A stretch of DNA of 64,000 nt, from the NCBI RefSeq assembly GCF_000372725.1, contig NW_005201286.1:62001-126000 (forward strand), read 5' to 3'. The stretch comes from Emiliania huxleyi CCMP1516. Lineage: Eukaryota. The notes beneath the pieces were generated by a model. The model saw nothing but the letters and a program-made list of their open reading frames with translations, was not told where the DNA came from and searched no databases. Every line of letters starts with the position of its first letter. Position 1 is the first letter of the stretch. This document shows positions 40,204 through 52,192 of this stretch, piece by piece. Made by a program: the position numbers and the translations under genes.

Positions 40204-41487
40204 TCAAGAAGCGGAGCTGGACTCCAGCGCGCACGACTCGCCGGGGAACGGCCCGAGATCCCCCGGAGCAACCGGGATGCCCGCCACCTTGTGCATCGCC
40301 TTGTAGACGATTGCAAACTCCCTCGCCTCCCCCGTCGGCCCCATGAGCGACTCCATGTGGGCCGTGGTTGCCTCCCTGAGCGTCTCAAGGTCCTCCTCGC
40401 GCCACGGGACAACGGTGATGCGAGCGCTCTCGTCCCTCTCAGAGCCGTCCCGGTTGAGCTGGGAGGTGTTCTCGTTGAAGTCGATCATCTGCCGCAGGGC
40501 CTGGCACTGCATCGACTCGGTCGTCGTGTGGCTCTTGCTGACAGAATGGCCCGCCGCGAACTTGATGGCGAGGCGCTGCCCTTCGCTCAGCCCCTCCCAG
40601 ACGCTCTTGTCGATGTGCATCCACGAGAAGAGGAAGGGTTGGTGCCAGCCAGGGTAGTGCGCATAGCGCGCTCCAATCTGGCCGATGTTTTGTGTGCAGT
40701 CATCGAGCTCGTTCTCACAGTCCAGAACCGATGGATCAGCGTTGATTGGGAAGAACTCTTGGAGGTCGTCCACAGGGGTGACAAACTCAAAGCCTTGGAT
40801 GGAGCGGTTCTGCATCAGCTTCAGAGGCGCCACTCCTCCAGTTGGTGGGGAGAACTTCAAGTTGTTCCCGTCTCCAACGAGCATGTCGCAAGCCTTGCGG
40901 AGCACGTCTTCGGGGGTGTTGAGGTATCGGATCTCCCAGCCCGACGTGCAAAGGCCAGCGAGCCCGATGCCATTGCCGTGAGCGAGGCACTCGGCGTCGC
41001 CCTCGCGGCAGAGCGGCCTGCCAAGTGGCTTTGGGAAGTAGCCGGAGCCTTGCATCGTGCTGCTGACTACCGGGAAGGCCACTTGCGTGCCGTTGCGAGC
41101 GTCGAGGATTCCCTGTGCGAGATTGATGCCGTCTTTCTTGTACAGGAAGAGGAGCATGTCGGAGAAGCTCATCGCAAATGGCATCGAATTGTATAGAAAG
41201 CCCCAGCTAGGTTCGCTGAAGGCATCGCCATTGCTGAACTGCACGCCGGGTCGGAGCGCGTTGAGGGAGCGAGGAGTGCCTTGGTCTGGCTTAAAGACCA
41301 CCTCCTGCTCGCCATCAAGTTTGCGTGTTAGCGTTCGTACTCTGTCGATGAAGATTGCCATCGCGCCGAACTCGCTCGCTGGTCCGTCAATTTCGCCGTT
41401 GCCGTTGCCGATGGTGGGCGACGCGCTGTACTCGTTGTAGCGGATCTCGGTGCCAGCAGACGCGGCGATCAGGCCGAGCGAAAGCAT
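40204..41487 (-). CDS. TRAP transporter solute-binding protein (DctP/TakP-like), intronless
   Basis: 427 aa from ATG 41487 with a short hydrophobic N-terminus. Motifs SMPFAM, FEFVTPVDD, HYPGWHQP and VWEGLSEGQRLAI resemble TakP-type SBPs. Confidence 0.72.
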   Translation of the reverse strand: MLSLGLIAASAGTEIRYNEYSASPTIGNGNGEIDGPASEFGAMAIFIDRVRTLTRKLDGEQEVVFKPDQGTPRSLNALRPGVQFSNGDAFSEPSWGFLYNSMPFAMSFSDMLLFLYKKDGINLAQGILDARNGTQVAFPVVSSTMQGSGYFPKPLGRPLCREGDAECLAHGNGIGLAGLCTSGWEIRYLNTPEDVLRKACDMLVGDGNNLKFSPPTGGVAPLKLMQNRSIQGFEFVTPVDDLQEFFPINADPSVLDCENELDDCTQNIGQIGARYAHYPGWHQPFLFSWMHIDKSVWEGLSEGQRLAIKFAAGHSVSKSHTTTESMQCQALRQMIDFNENTSQLNRDGSERDESARITVVPWREEDLETLREATTAHMESLMGPTGEAREFAIVYKAMHKVAGIPVAPGDLGPFPGESCALESSSAS

Positions 41488-42689
41488 GTGCTCCGACTGA
41501 GTGAGAGGTCTGGCTGTCTCAAGGACCAGAGATTGTGAGATCGCGCGAAAATGAAATCCCCCTTTGTGCTCCCAGAAAGAATCGGGAATGAACGTAAGAG
41601 CTACATACACTGAGAGAGAGAGAGAGTCCTTTTCTCCCAGTAAGCTAAAAGTACGTACACTGAGAAAGAATGGGGTCCGACAGTTCCATACCCGCGTTAG
41701 CGGCGAGGGCAGCCTCCTTAAAGGCGAAAGGGTCTAGATTTGGGGCGCTCGCCGAAGAGGAGTACGACAAAATAGCGCCCGTGATTGCCTGCACGCTACC
41801 CGCACTCACGGACTCCATACCCGAAAGAAAGAGAAGGGAGCTCGCGGGAGAGGTGACGAGTGAACTACAGGTAGTGGGGAAGGCAGCCTCGATTGCCATA
41901 CAGACATGGGTGCGAAACAACGACAAGACCAAGGCACGGGCAGAGGAACGAGAGAAGAATATAGGGTGGGTAAAGCGCCTGTTCACGGCATGGAGGGTGA
42001 GCCACACCGAACGTACCGAGCGAAGAGCTGAGCGGAAGGAGGACGGGGAAGATGACTCAGAGGAGGACGAACCAGTGGAAATAGTTAGAGGCTGCGCAGG
42101 CCGTCCCGTTTGCTGTTTGAAACGCCTGTTGCGCTGCGCGCCGCGCTGCCGGGGCTCTGTGTCTCACTCACGTGCCGCAATATGTGTCACACACGGCGGC
42201 TTCTGCCACCTCTCGATTGGTTCCACTTTCTACGCACACCTACCGGGGAAGGGGCGCGTGGGAGCGGGGGCAAAAACGGGGGCGGGGGTGGGGGCGGGGG
42301 CGCGCAGCGCAGGGCGCGCGCGCGCAACAGAGGGTAGGGTGGGGAAGACGGCGAGGAGGGGGCGGCGGCGGCGGCGGCGGCGGCGGCGCGCGCGCGGCGC
42401 GCGCGACGGGGGGGGCGGAGCAGCGACCGCTGGCGCGGTCGCTGCTCCGTCTGTGACAGACGCGCGCTCTGCCGCTGTTCTCCCTCTACAGTCCCGTGCC
42501 CAGCGTCGTGCGAGGGAGCTTGGTGCTAAAATTATCCCTCCTCCTGCGCCTCGTCCTCGCACGCGCACCCGGCGCCGCAGCGTGCCCGTCCGGCACCACG
42601 CGGGTCGACACCTTTGCAGCTGAGGGCACACTTTGGTCAGCGTGCGAGGACCTGCAGACGCCGGGCGGCGGGCTCACAACATGATGTGC

Positions 42690-43540
42690 TCCGTCGTCAG
42701 TGATGTTAGCTACGCCACCGTCTACCTCGTGCGACATGCGCTCGCCGGCATCGAGCGAGCAACGTGTTCGACCGAGCGGCTTGCTGTGCGGACGGCTTCT
42801 TGTGGCTCTCGTCGAGAGCGTTTTGCGGCCCGGCGGGTGGGAGAACATGTGTCGTTTGATGTGTCACTGTGTACGTCATGTCAGTCTTGATAACAAGCAC
42901 GGTCGATCCGTCAAAGCGATATACTCGTCACGTCACGCTGGACGGCTTGCACGGAGCTCTGTGACGGCACACATCAGGAAGAGACCGCCGTACGGCAAGA
43001 AGAGCTCGATGGGGAGCGAGAACCGTCAGAGGAGGTTCAGGGGTAACCTGAGTCCTCCGTGACGCGCTCAATCGCTCTCAAGCGGGTGGCTCTCGAAAAT
43101 CCTCGATATCTTCCGAAAAGACTGCTCAACGAGTTCCGCGACCTACGCAGTCAAGCCTGGGGGGATCTGACCGCATCATGGCGGACTTCCGAAACCTCCG
43201 TGAGCACCTTTGGCGGTTCTCGCTCCCCATCGAGCTCTTCTTGCCGTCGGCTCTTCCTGTGTGCCGGCACAGAGCTCCGTGCAAGCCGTTCAACGTGATC
43301 GTGACGAGTGTATCGCTTGACGGATCGACCGTGCTTGTTATCAAGACTGACATGACGTACACAGTGACACATCAGACGACACATTCTCCCACCCGCCGGG
43401 ACGCAAAACGCTCTCGACGAGAGCCACAAGAAGCCGTCCGCACAGCAAGCCGCTCCTCGGACAGGCGAGCTCGCTCGATGTCGGCGAGCGCATTGCGCAC
43501 GCTTTGGACGGTGGCGAAGCCAAAAACACCGATGGTGGCC
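42690..43540. repeat. Long inverted repeat (about 340-bp arms, 42690-43035 and 43205-43540)
   Basis: For example, GATGTGTCACTGTGTACGTCATGTCAGTCTTGATAACAAGCACGGTCGATCCGTCAA is present in both orientations. Confidence 0.9.
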
Positions 43541-43620
43541 GTCCGCTGGCGTGAGTGGTGGCGATCGGTCCCTAACCTGTCGCTCGCGGTCCCTAACCCA
43601 TAAGTAGTCCTTCGCGCTTT

Positions 43621-43680
43621 AGAGAGAGAGATTTTTGGCAATACCAAACAACTCTAACACTCACACGTAATTTGGGGCCT
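43621..43680. repeat. Short dispersed repeat (AG)n-ATTTTTRGCAATACCAAACAACTCTAACACTCACAC...ATTTGGGGCCT
   Basis: Second copy at 60995-61061; the first copy interrupts the right TIR of the Pack element. Confidence 0.85.
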
Positions 43681-43931
43681 TAGTCCCTAACCAAAAAAGC
43701 ACGATTCTCAAGTTGGGCCCTCCGCCTGTTATTCACAGCACAAGCCCTCGCCGGGGGCTCGAGCATGCGCAGCGAAAAGCAGACGGAACCCCCCCTGTGA
43801 ACTCACAGACCAGCGCACAGCGCCATACGATGTATTTTCTTCTCAATAGCAAGGCTGTGAAAAAGTGAGGCGTCGTCTGTACTCGCCAGGACGAGCGTGG
43901 GCAGTTGAGCGTGGGGACTTCGCCGAAGAGT

Positions 43932-44369
43932 ATGTGCGTCGCGGAGAGCAGCAGCACACAGCCCAGCAGCACGGACGTGGCCGATGGCGGGCGGAACGAT
44001 CCCGAGCAGGCTGCAAAATTCTCGTCCGAAATCAGAACGTTCATCGAGAGCGGCGAGGCGGAGCTCGCCTTTCCTCCTGAGCTATCAGCGGCTGAGCGCA
44101 AGGTGGTGCACGACATTTGCTACGAGCTCGACCTGACCTGCAAAAGCCGCGGCCCGAAAAAGGCGGGTGGGCGCTTCATTACGGTCTACAAGCCTGACGC
44201 GGCGCAAAGCGCAAAGCTCAAAGCGCAAAAGGAGCGCGCTGCGCTGCGCACGAAGAGCGCAAAGGCTGAGCCGGAGGTCGGGGAGGCGGCCGAGAAGCCG
44301 CCGCCCGACGAGACGGCAGCAGGAGATGGCGGTGAGGGCGGTGACGGGGCTAAGCGTCAGAAGGTCTGA
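43932..44369 (+). CDS. R3H-domain protein
   Basis: LAFPPELSAAERKVVHDICYELDLTCKSRG (RxxxH). Confidence 0.8.
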   Translation: MCVAESSSTQPSSTDVADGGRNDPEQAAKFSSEIRTFIESGEAELAFPPELSAAERKVVHDICYELDLTCKSRGPKKAGGRFITVYKPDAAQSAKLKAQKERAALRTKSAKAEPEVGEAAEKPPPDETAAGDGGEGGDGAKRQKV

Positions 44370-44665
44370 CGCAGTGGTAGTGACACCTTCACCGTCTGCC
44401 TCTCTTCCTGGGATAAGCCGCGATGTTCTGCTGAGCTCCGTGGCTTGGATCTAGCGCGGTGTGGTGAACAACGCCTCGTTTCTGCGGCGGCTTCTCAGGG
44501 TAAGGGGCATGTCGCGCACAGGCTCGAGCGCACAGGCCACAGCGCACAGCTGGGCGTGTTTTATTTAGTGCGCACGACACATGATCCCTCACACCAAGAT
44601 CGTGCGGGGCGTGGACACATGTGCATGTTGTGCATGCACAATGTGCATGCACATGTACATGTCCC

Positions 44666-45410
44666 TAAATAAATAAATAAATAAAAACGGACACCTCTAC
44701 TAGGAGATGGGTAAAAAGGAACACGTACACGAAGCAGGTCCCCGCGCCCTGCGCGGTCTTTGTGCAGGGTTCTTTGTGGGTGTGGTCGGCGACTAGCCGG
44801 GGTCGTCCTCCCGATGGGGGACTAGCACTAGCCGTCTTCCACATGGTCCCTCGGGTCCCTGCTGCTCCTAATCTCGTCGTACATCCTCCTGCTGATCTCA
44901 GCAACATCCTGCTCCCTCCCCCTCCCTCGTCTCGCCCTGCGCGTCTGCTCCGCCTCCCCGTCGTCTGCCCTGCGTCGTCTGGTGACGGGTCCTCCATAGT
45001 CGGTCGAGGTCGCCGCCCTCCTCGTGCCTCTTCCCAACGTTTCCTCGGCGGCCGATGCCGTCTGCTCCGACTCCGCCGTCCCCGGGTCTGCCCTGCCCTC
45101 GTCTGCGCTACATGTAGCTTCTGTTTCGTCATCACTGGCGTCCCTCCTCTTCTTTCTCCTCTTCTTGTATGCTTTGTACATCGCGTCGATTCCTTTTCGC
45201 GTGAGCACCAGCCTGAAGCCCGCCCAGCAGCTGAACCGCTCCCTAAGTCGAAGGAGCATCATCAGTCTCACCCACTTCGCTCGCTGGACGCTGCCCACCG
45301 TCTCCGCTCCCTCCCGCTTGAAGCCGCCGTCGCGGCCCTCGTTCGTCCCACTGGCTGCTGGCCTATCTGCATGTCCCTGAATCCCATCTCGTCTCAGAGT
45401 TTGACCGTTG
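44666..45410 (-). mobile_element. Possible 5'-truncated non-LTR retrotransposon 3' end
   Basis: Basic/acidic ORF tail ending at 44828, then a UTR and a (TTTA)n tail at 44666-44686. No RT motifs retained. Confidence 0.4.
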
Positions 45411-45583
45411 TATTTATTTATTGGATTTATCTGGCCACAGTTTAAATCACAGGTAATGTGCCACACCGCGTCGCGCGCCGCACCGGGCGGAGAGAGCGGC
45501 AAGTCTCTCACTCCAAGTGAGACGAGACGTCGCTGCGGAGAAAAGTCTATGTGGACTGCAGCGCGCGCTCTACCTGCACGCGA

Positions 45584-46180
45584 CTACCCCTGCACGGCAT
45601 CCAAGCCGTCCGCGTCCTCGGACAGCTCGACGAACCGCTCAAACTTTGCGCTGAGCGCGGGCACGTCAAGGCGCACGCGAGAGCATCCAGCTAGTTCGAG
45701 GTCGTCCAGCGCAGGCAGCGCGTCGATCAGCGCCGCCACGCCTCGCTCGGTGACACCCGTGCACATTGCGAGGTTCAGCCTCCGCAGGCACGCGCAGCCG
45801 TGCAGCGCCGCCAGCCCGTCGTCCGTCAGCCGCGCGCACTGCATCAGCAGCAGCGCCTCCAGCCGCGGCCGGTGGGCCACGAGCCGCGAGAGGGCGGCGT
45901 CGGTGAGAAGCTTCGTGTAGTCCGCGTCGCGCTGCCGGCCCGCTCCGCCCGGGACGCCGTATGGACCCGCTATGGCAGCGCCGCCCGTGCGCACGTCAAG
46001 GTTGCGCTCATGCGCAAAGTGCAGCATCGCGCCCTCGCGCCATGTGCGGCAGACCGCAGACACGCGCAGCTGTGCCCGGAGAGTGAGAAGCCGCAGCACC
46101 GCGGAGAGGGCGTCTGCGTCGAGTACGGAGGCACGTTCCGCCTCCGCCTCGGAGTCCTCAGGCGTCGAGGCCATTGACAT
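45584..46180 (-). CDS. F-box/LRR protein
   Basis: LDADALSAVLRLL...VSAVCRTWR (F-box); LMQCARLTDDGL, LNLAMCTGVTERGV and LELAGCSRV (LRR_CC). May continue in further exons. Confidence 0.82.
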   Translation of the reverse strand: MSMASTPEDSEAEAERASVLDADALSAVLRLLTLRAQLRVSAVCRTWREGAMLHFAHERNLDVRTGGAAIAGPYGVPGGAGRQRDADYTKLLTDAALSRLVAHRPRLEALLLMQCARLTDDGLAALHGCACLRRLNLAMCTGVTERGVAALIDALPALDDLELAGCSRVRLDVPALSAKFERFVELSEDADGLDAVQG

Positions 46181-47425
46181 GTCGAAGGATGAAGTTGGTG
46201 GGCCTCTTGTTGGTTCGTCGAAATTTCCACTGCAGTCAGTCAGTCAGTCTTACACACCTCCAAGCATGGAGGACGGGCCCACACGCACACACACGCTGCA
46301 CACGATTGGCTCGGGAGCCGACACGAGGCACGCTGTCACCGGCCGTAGCACTGGGTCCGGACTGCTGGACGCACAACACACAGCTCACAGGACAGCTCAC
46401 GAGGTGGCGCTGTATAGTGGGGTTCTCAGGGACCGACACGGGAGAAGAAGGAGGAGCACAGGGACGGGGACACAGAACTCACGAACTGATATCCCACCCC
46501 GCGCCGGGGGCGGTGGCGCGCGCGAGCGCCGGGGTATTTGGACCCGCAGTCTGGCAGGCGCCAGGCCACAGACCCGCCGGCAGAGCCTTGAGTCGCATCC
46601 GCGATCCGCGCCGGCTCTCAGAAGAGATCCGGCGCGGTGCTGACCGCGCCCTCGGAGTGGACCATCGAGTACTCGATGGCTGTCCAGGAGAAGCGGTGCA
46701 GCTGCGGCATATTGTCGCAGTGCGGCATATTGTCGCAGTGCGGCTGCGGCACTCCTGCTGCAGCGCGCGCGCGGTGGTGGTGAGGAGAGTGCGAGCCCTT
46801 GAGCTGCTGGGTCAGTCCATCGCCGGCGCAATCATGAGAAACCTCCAACCTGATCGGTCGTACTGACCGCCGACAGATCACTGCAGACAGCAGACAGGCC
46901 GACGTCTGCACGCGGCCGGCCGGGCGAGAGGCTTGACACGATCCGACCCTGCGACCCTGACGCTGCTGCTCTAGCTATCAGACATGCGCTGCTGACTGCT
47001 GCCACAATGTGCGACCGGTGCTGACCCACTCAGCGGCATTCCCGGTCAGTGGTGAGGCGCAGTTCAGAGCTGTCGATGGCGCGATGCCGCACTGGTCCCA
47101 CATTGGTAACACGAGACCACCACGTTTGCCGGTCCAAGAGAGAGGCACTGGTGCTGTCGTGAGAACGTGCGTGGTCCCTCTTGACTGCCCATGCGCGCGA
47201 GGCTGTGTAGGCATAGCCTCGAGAGTGCCAGCAGCCAATCCGAGGCAGTTTGTGACGCGCAGTCTGGCAATTCCACTGCGATTAAAAAGAATTTTCCCCG
47301 CGAGGCAAGGGACTGGCGCGCACTGGCACTAACACAGGTACACCACGGGAGCCGCCACAGCGACTCCTCGACGACGGCGAGGCAACAAAAAGAAATTTCG
47401 CGGGGTGCGCCGGTCGGGCCGGTCT

Positions 47426-49667
47426 CTGAGGGAGGGTGTAGAGGATGTAGAGTGTAGAGCGCTGTAGAGTTGTAGAGATGTAGAGCGCTGTAGAGCTGTA
47501 GAGCTCTACATCCGCCGCGTGACGATGCGCCTGCGTTGTAGAGCGATGTAGAGCGCGATTTTGTTGTAGAGCTTGTTGTAGAGGCTCTACAGCCAAACCG
47601 CCGGGAAGGCAGTGACTCAAAGAGGCCGAGTCGCACTAATGGGGTGTCTCCGAGCTTACTGGAGCTCTGATGGACGGCCCTGACTATCCCTGACACACAG
47701 AGAGTCACTCTGACGGCACACAACGCCCTATGACTGCGTCATGACCAGCCTGCCATGCGTCGCCGGTGCCGGCATTCGTCGCAGTGCTCCTTTAGCAGGC
47801 GGTGGACTGTCGGCTGCGAGGACGGTCGCATTTGCGCGAGGCGAGGCGAGCATTCGGACGCGTTGCATGCGCCATGACTCGCGCCAGCGCGTGCGGGAGC
47901 TCCTGGCTGAGCGTTGAGTCCAGGCGAGTTGCGCTGGCCACTATCGCTACGCCGAGCCGAGCTGACGCGCCGAGGCGCCGGCCAGTCGCAGCCGTGAGGC
48001 ATGCCATAGCAGCAGAGGCACCTCCCACCCATTGGGCGGGCAGACAGAAGGCCAGGGCAGCACTGGCAAGTGCAACGCGCCTCATGTCGGAGAGCGACCG
48101 TGCCTCGTTCGCCGCTTACGAGGCTGATCCGGGCGTAACGCCAGCACAGCGAGGCGCCCACGTAGCCGTCCGAAGTCGCGTCAGGTTCGCTCGACACGCT
48201 AGCGGAGCGGTTGGCGAGGCTAGTGGTGGCCATAGTCTGGTCCCCTAGGGGGTCGATGGGTCGGCCCGCGCCCTCCTTCCCAAGCCGTGCCGGCCNNNNN
48301 NNNNNNNNNNNNNNNNNNNNNNNNNNNNNNNNNNNNNNNNNNNNNNNNNNNNNNNNNNNNNNNNNNNNNNNNNNNNNNNNNNNNNNNNNNNNNNNGTGGA
48401 TCGTTGAAGGCTTCGCCAACCTGGGCTCTGGCGGCAGCACCTCCACCCCGATGGACGCTGGACGCGCTGTCCTCTGGCGGTGTGTGTCGTAGGGTACTGC
48501 TATAACTGCTTCATGTACTTGCGCGCGTACGCACATGGGGCGCACGACGGATCATTCCGCGCCTGTGGGAGCGCTGGCCGTGCACGGCACATGGGGTCGG
48601 TGTGTGTGCGCTCGCGAGAGAGAGATGGGTGTGTGTCCTTGACACTCTCGCTCCGGGTGCCTCGAGCGAGAGAGGAGGGGGAGACGCCGCGCTGGGTATT
48701 AATCAGAGTGTTAGTCAAATAATCCTCGCACACCACGACTCGCGCATAAACCACGACTCGACCCACAGGGAGAGTGCGTGCGCTGCGACGGACCCAGCCG
48801 GCACCGGCAGTGCGGACACAGTGCGAGACTGCGAGTCGTGCGATGACTACCGACGCACAAGCACACCACGCGACGTAGTCTGCAACACCGCGCGGCTGGA
48901 CACCACACACTTCACCGGCAGGACTCACTGGGTCGGACGCACGCGCCGGTGCAGCGGAACCGAAGATACCGAGAAGCCCGCCCGAAGCCCCGAACCATGT
49001 GCTGTGGTCGCTGCCACGCCAACCGCGCGGCCGGCCCGGGCGCAGGCCGTGACGACTGATCGCGGCGGCAGCGCCGCGCGCCCTCGTGCAGCGGTGCGCG
49101 CCGCTCGCGCCGCGCCAAGGGAGGTCTTCAGCCTGCGGCACGCTCGCCCGCAGCGCTGCCGGGCGTGCCCATCAAAATGCGCCGCCGCTGGACGTCTCCG
49201 CCGCCTCCAAGGCGACCGACGCCACGAGTGATATGCGTGACGCCACCGTGAGACGTCTGGACGGCTCGCTGCGACCTCAAGGCCAGCCTCGCCGCCCGCC
49301 GTGAGCGCCAAAAAAGCGTCAACCGCGCAACCGCGCAACCGAGAGAGAGCGACTGAGACGCTTCAGCGACCCGCCAGGAGCCGGGCCGAGGTCTGTCCGA
49401 AGCCGCATGCCGCTCGAGTCGGTCGCCCGGGGCACCCTGGGAGGCGCCCGTCGAAGCCAAAGCTGTGCTGGGGACACGGCCGGATCAGCCTCGTATGATG
49501 AGCGAGTTTGTTGTAGAGATTTCACGTTGGATAGCGCCTCTACATCGCTCTACAACGCAGGCGCATCGTCACGCGGCGGATGTAGAGCTCTACAGCTCTA
49601 CAGCGCTCTACACAGCTCTACAGCTCTACAGCGCTCTACACTCTACATCCTCTACACCCTCCCTCAG
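47426..49667. mobile_element. Non-autonomous TIR element with TGTAGAG sub-terminal repeats
   Basis: About 130-bp TIRs CTGAGGGAGGGTGTAGAGGATGTAGAG.... TSD GCCGGTCT at 47418-47425 and 49668-49675 (or 10-bp GGCCGGTCTC if the ends are TGAG/CTCA). Spans a 100-N gap. Confidence 0.88.
48296..48395. other. Assembly gap (100 N)
   Basis: Run of N. Confidence 1.
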
Positions 49668-49891
49668 GCCGGTCTCCCACCCGCCAACCCCCCTTGGTAA
49701 AATCCCTGACCCTGTGTGGTGGCGGCGTGCCGTCCTCCCATCCCTCCCTGCGTTTCTTTTTCTTTCTTTCTTTACCCCCCGCACCGCTTCTTTTAGCCTC
49801 CTCGATGCCCAGTGAGCAGTGTTTCGAAGCAAAACAAAAGAACTCCTGGCCGATGCCATTGCCTGCTAAGCGCCGCAAGCCACGGTTCGCC

Positions 49892-49977
49892 GCGCAGCTC
49901 GCTCTCCTGCGATCTCCAGGGCGCAGCGGCGCCGCGTCCGCGGCGCCTTTGCCCGCCGCCCCTTCATCTGCTGCACG
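49892..49977 (-). promoter_or_regulatory. Putative type II SECIS element
   Basis: ATGAA-GGGGCGGCGGGC-AAA-GGCGCCGCG/GA/CGCGGCGCC-GCTGCGCCCT-GGAG, about 60 nt after the stop codon of the UGA-containing gene. Confidence 0.72.
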
Positions 49978-50029
49978 GGGCCCCGTGTCGGGCGGCCGCC
50001 TCGGGCGGCGGCCGGGGCGCCGGGACTCC

Positions 50030-51706
<1,677 letters not shown>

Positions 51707-52192
51707 TGGCAAACTCAGTTGCGTCCGGGCTCCTGGGCCAGGGCGGGTGTGCGCGCGGGGCGGCGGCGGCGCGGCGGCGGCGGGGTGGTGGGTGGGGTGT
51801 GTGTGTCGCCGGGGGGGAGGGGGGAGGGAGGGGGGTGGATCTTGACTCTTTTGTCTCTGTACTCTGACCAAACTGGAGTCTGGCTGGGCCCCCGGTTGGA
51901 GAGACCGATGTGTCGTAACGAAAGTTAGTTCGAACTGAAAACTTGCGGTCGTTGGACGTCGGTCGTTGGACTTCTCCTGTTGGTAGTTGCTCCGATAAAA
52001 AGGACCGCGTGCGAGAGCTCACGTGCTCACCCCGCCGGCCCGAGCTCGCCTCGGCGCGCCCCGCGCAGCTGCGAGAAGCGCGCGCGCCCGAGTGCGATGA
52101 GCTCGCTCCTCGACGGCGCGCCTTCCGCTTGGCCTTCGGAGCTGAAGAACGGGAGCGCGCACGCGGCGCTCGCCTAGTACCGTACCTCCATA

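Larger units (their letters stand above)
36880..43722. mobile_element. Pack-type non-autonomous TIR element (6.8 kb) with gene cargo
   Basis: About 110-bp TIRs GAGGGCCCAACTTGAGAATCGTGCTTTT..GGTTAGGGAC... at 36880-36992 and 43537-43722 (right arm has a 60-bp insert). 5-bp TSD CGCCT at 36875-36879 and 43723-43727. No transposase seen. Confidence 0.85.

Noticed and set aside
38357..41613. Helitron 5' ends (TC...) for the 31-bp repeat
   Set aside because: Not preceded by A on the minus strand, and no convincing matching hairpin-CTRR 3' end.
46500..46911. Coding-like fragment on the minus strand
   Set aside because: Interrupted by stops and no family recognised.
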